A stretch of DNA of 64,000 nt from Heterodontus francisci (Eukaryota). This document shows positions 63,528 to 64,000 of the stretch, piece after piece. The stretch spans positions 372,001 through 436,000 of the forward strand of contig NW_027141721.1 in NCBI RefSeq assembly GCF_036365525.1, given 5' to 3'. How positions within the stretch are numbered: position 1 is the first letter of the stretch; the number at the start of each line of letters is the position of its first letter. The notes under the pieces were generated by a model. That model was not told the DNA's origin. It was given only the letters and a program-made list of their open reading frames with translations, and made no database searches. Both the position numbers and the translations under genes were made by a program.

Positions 63528-63821
63528 CGATACTACAAGCGCAGAAATAGACAGCGGTGTGAGATGGAGCGGCGTCTCTCAGTGCCAAAGTAAACAGTGT
63601 ATTGCTGGCTCTGTCTGCCTTAAATGACTCGGATGTCTAATTGGTGACAGACCCTGTTCCAGCAGAATAGAACAGAGCTTCCAGTGCCCTGTCTGGTTGT
63701 TGTCTGTACCAGTACATATAGGAATAGGCAGTATTGGTCAGCGTGCATCTGAGTGTTGTCGACTCTCCTGCTGCAATCGATAGGATAGAGGTTGACTGTT
63801 CCACATAGGAGGAGAGTATTC
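63528..63821 (-). pseudogene. TRBV: TCR beta V exon, family B (V13); in-frame stop, leader beyond the window
   Basis: TAC>TAG after SVTN. RSS intact (63489-63527). A single CTCF-like unit lies at 63431-63470. Confidence 0.88.
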
Positions 63822-64000
63822 CTGTGGAATGGAACATCGATTAGATTATTATTTCAGTCAATAATGGATTGGAGCAGAGGCTGCATTGCAAGAAAGAGAG
63901 GGCTTACATTAATATATCGCCGTTCAGGACCTCAGGGCATCAGAAAGGGCTTTGCAACCAATGTAGTTACTCCCTCAGTACTGCCTCTGCGACAGTGCGG

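Noticed and set aside
5946-63821. Ig, IgNAR or NAR-TCR identity for the V segments
   Set aside because: TRBV30-like motifs, 23-RSS V / 12-23 D / 12-RSS J, and a C with beta-type Ig, hinge and TM exons all point to TRB.

Overview
Vertebrate genomic DNA, most likely a cartilaginous fish (shark-type HE1-like SINEs and CR1/HER1-like LINEs; this is an inference). It is part of a T-cell receptor beta (TRB) locus, read entirely on the minus strand. It holds 13 V segments in three families, each with a V exon and a 23-type RSS; 12 also have a leader exon inside the window. There is also one internally deleted V and one orphan leader. The V array is interrupted at about 20.9-27.4 kb by a D-J-C cassette: a D with 12/23 RSSs, one J with a 12-RSS, and a four-exon C-beta whose Ig exon is frameshifted while the hinge, TM and cytoplasmic exons look intact. 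Seven V segments look functional. Three have an open frame but a defective RSS or splice donor, and three are pseudogenes. Two 9-copy arrays of a 45-bp unit, each unit carrying a CTCF-like core plus an upstream motif, are present: one directly behind a V RSS and one between the V array and the D. An ETS/RUNX/GATA cluster lies 3' of the C, where E-beta would be. The rest is segmental duplication, CR1/RTE LINEs, SINEs, mini- and microsatellites, and N gaps. Most ORFs in the supplied track are repeat or antisense artefacts.
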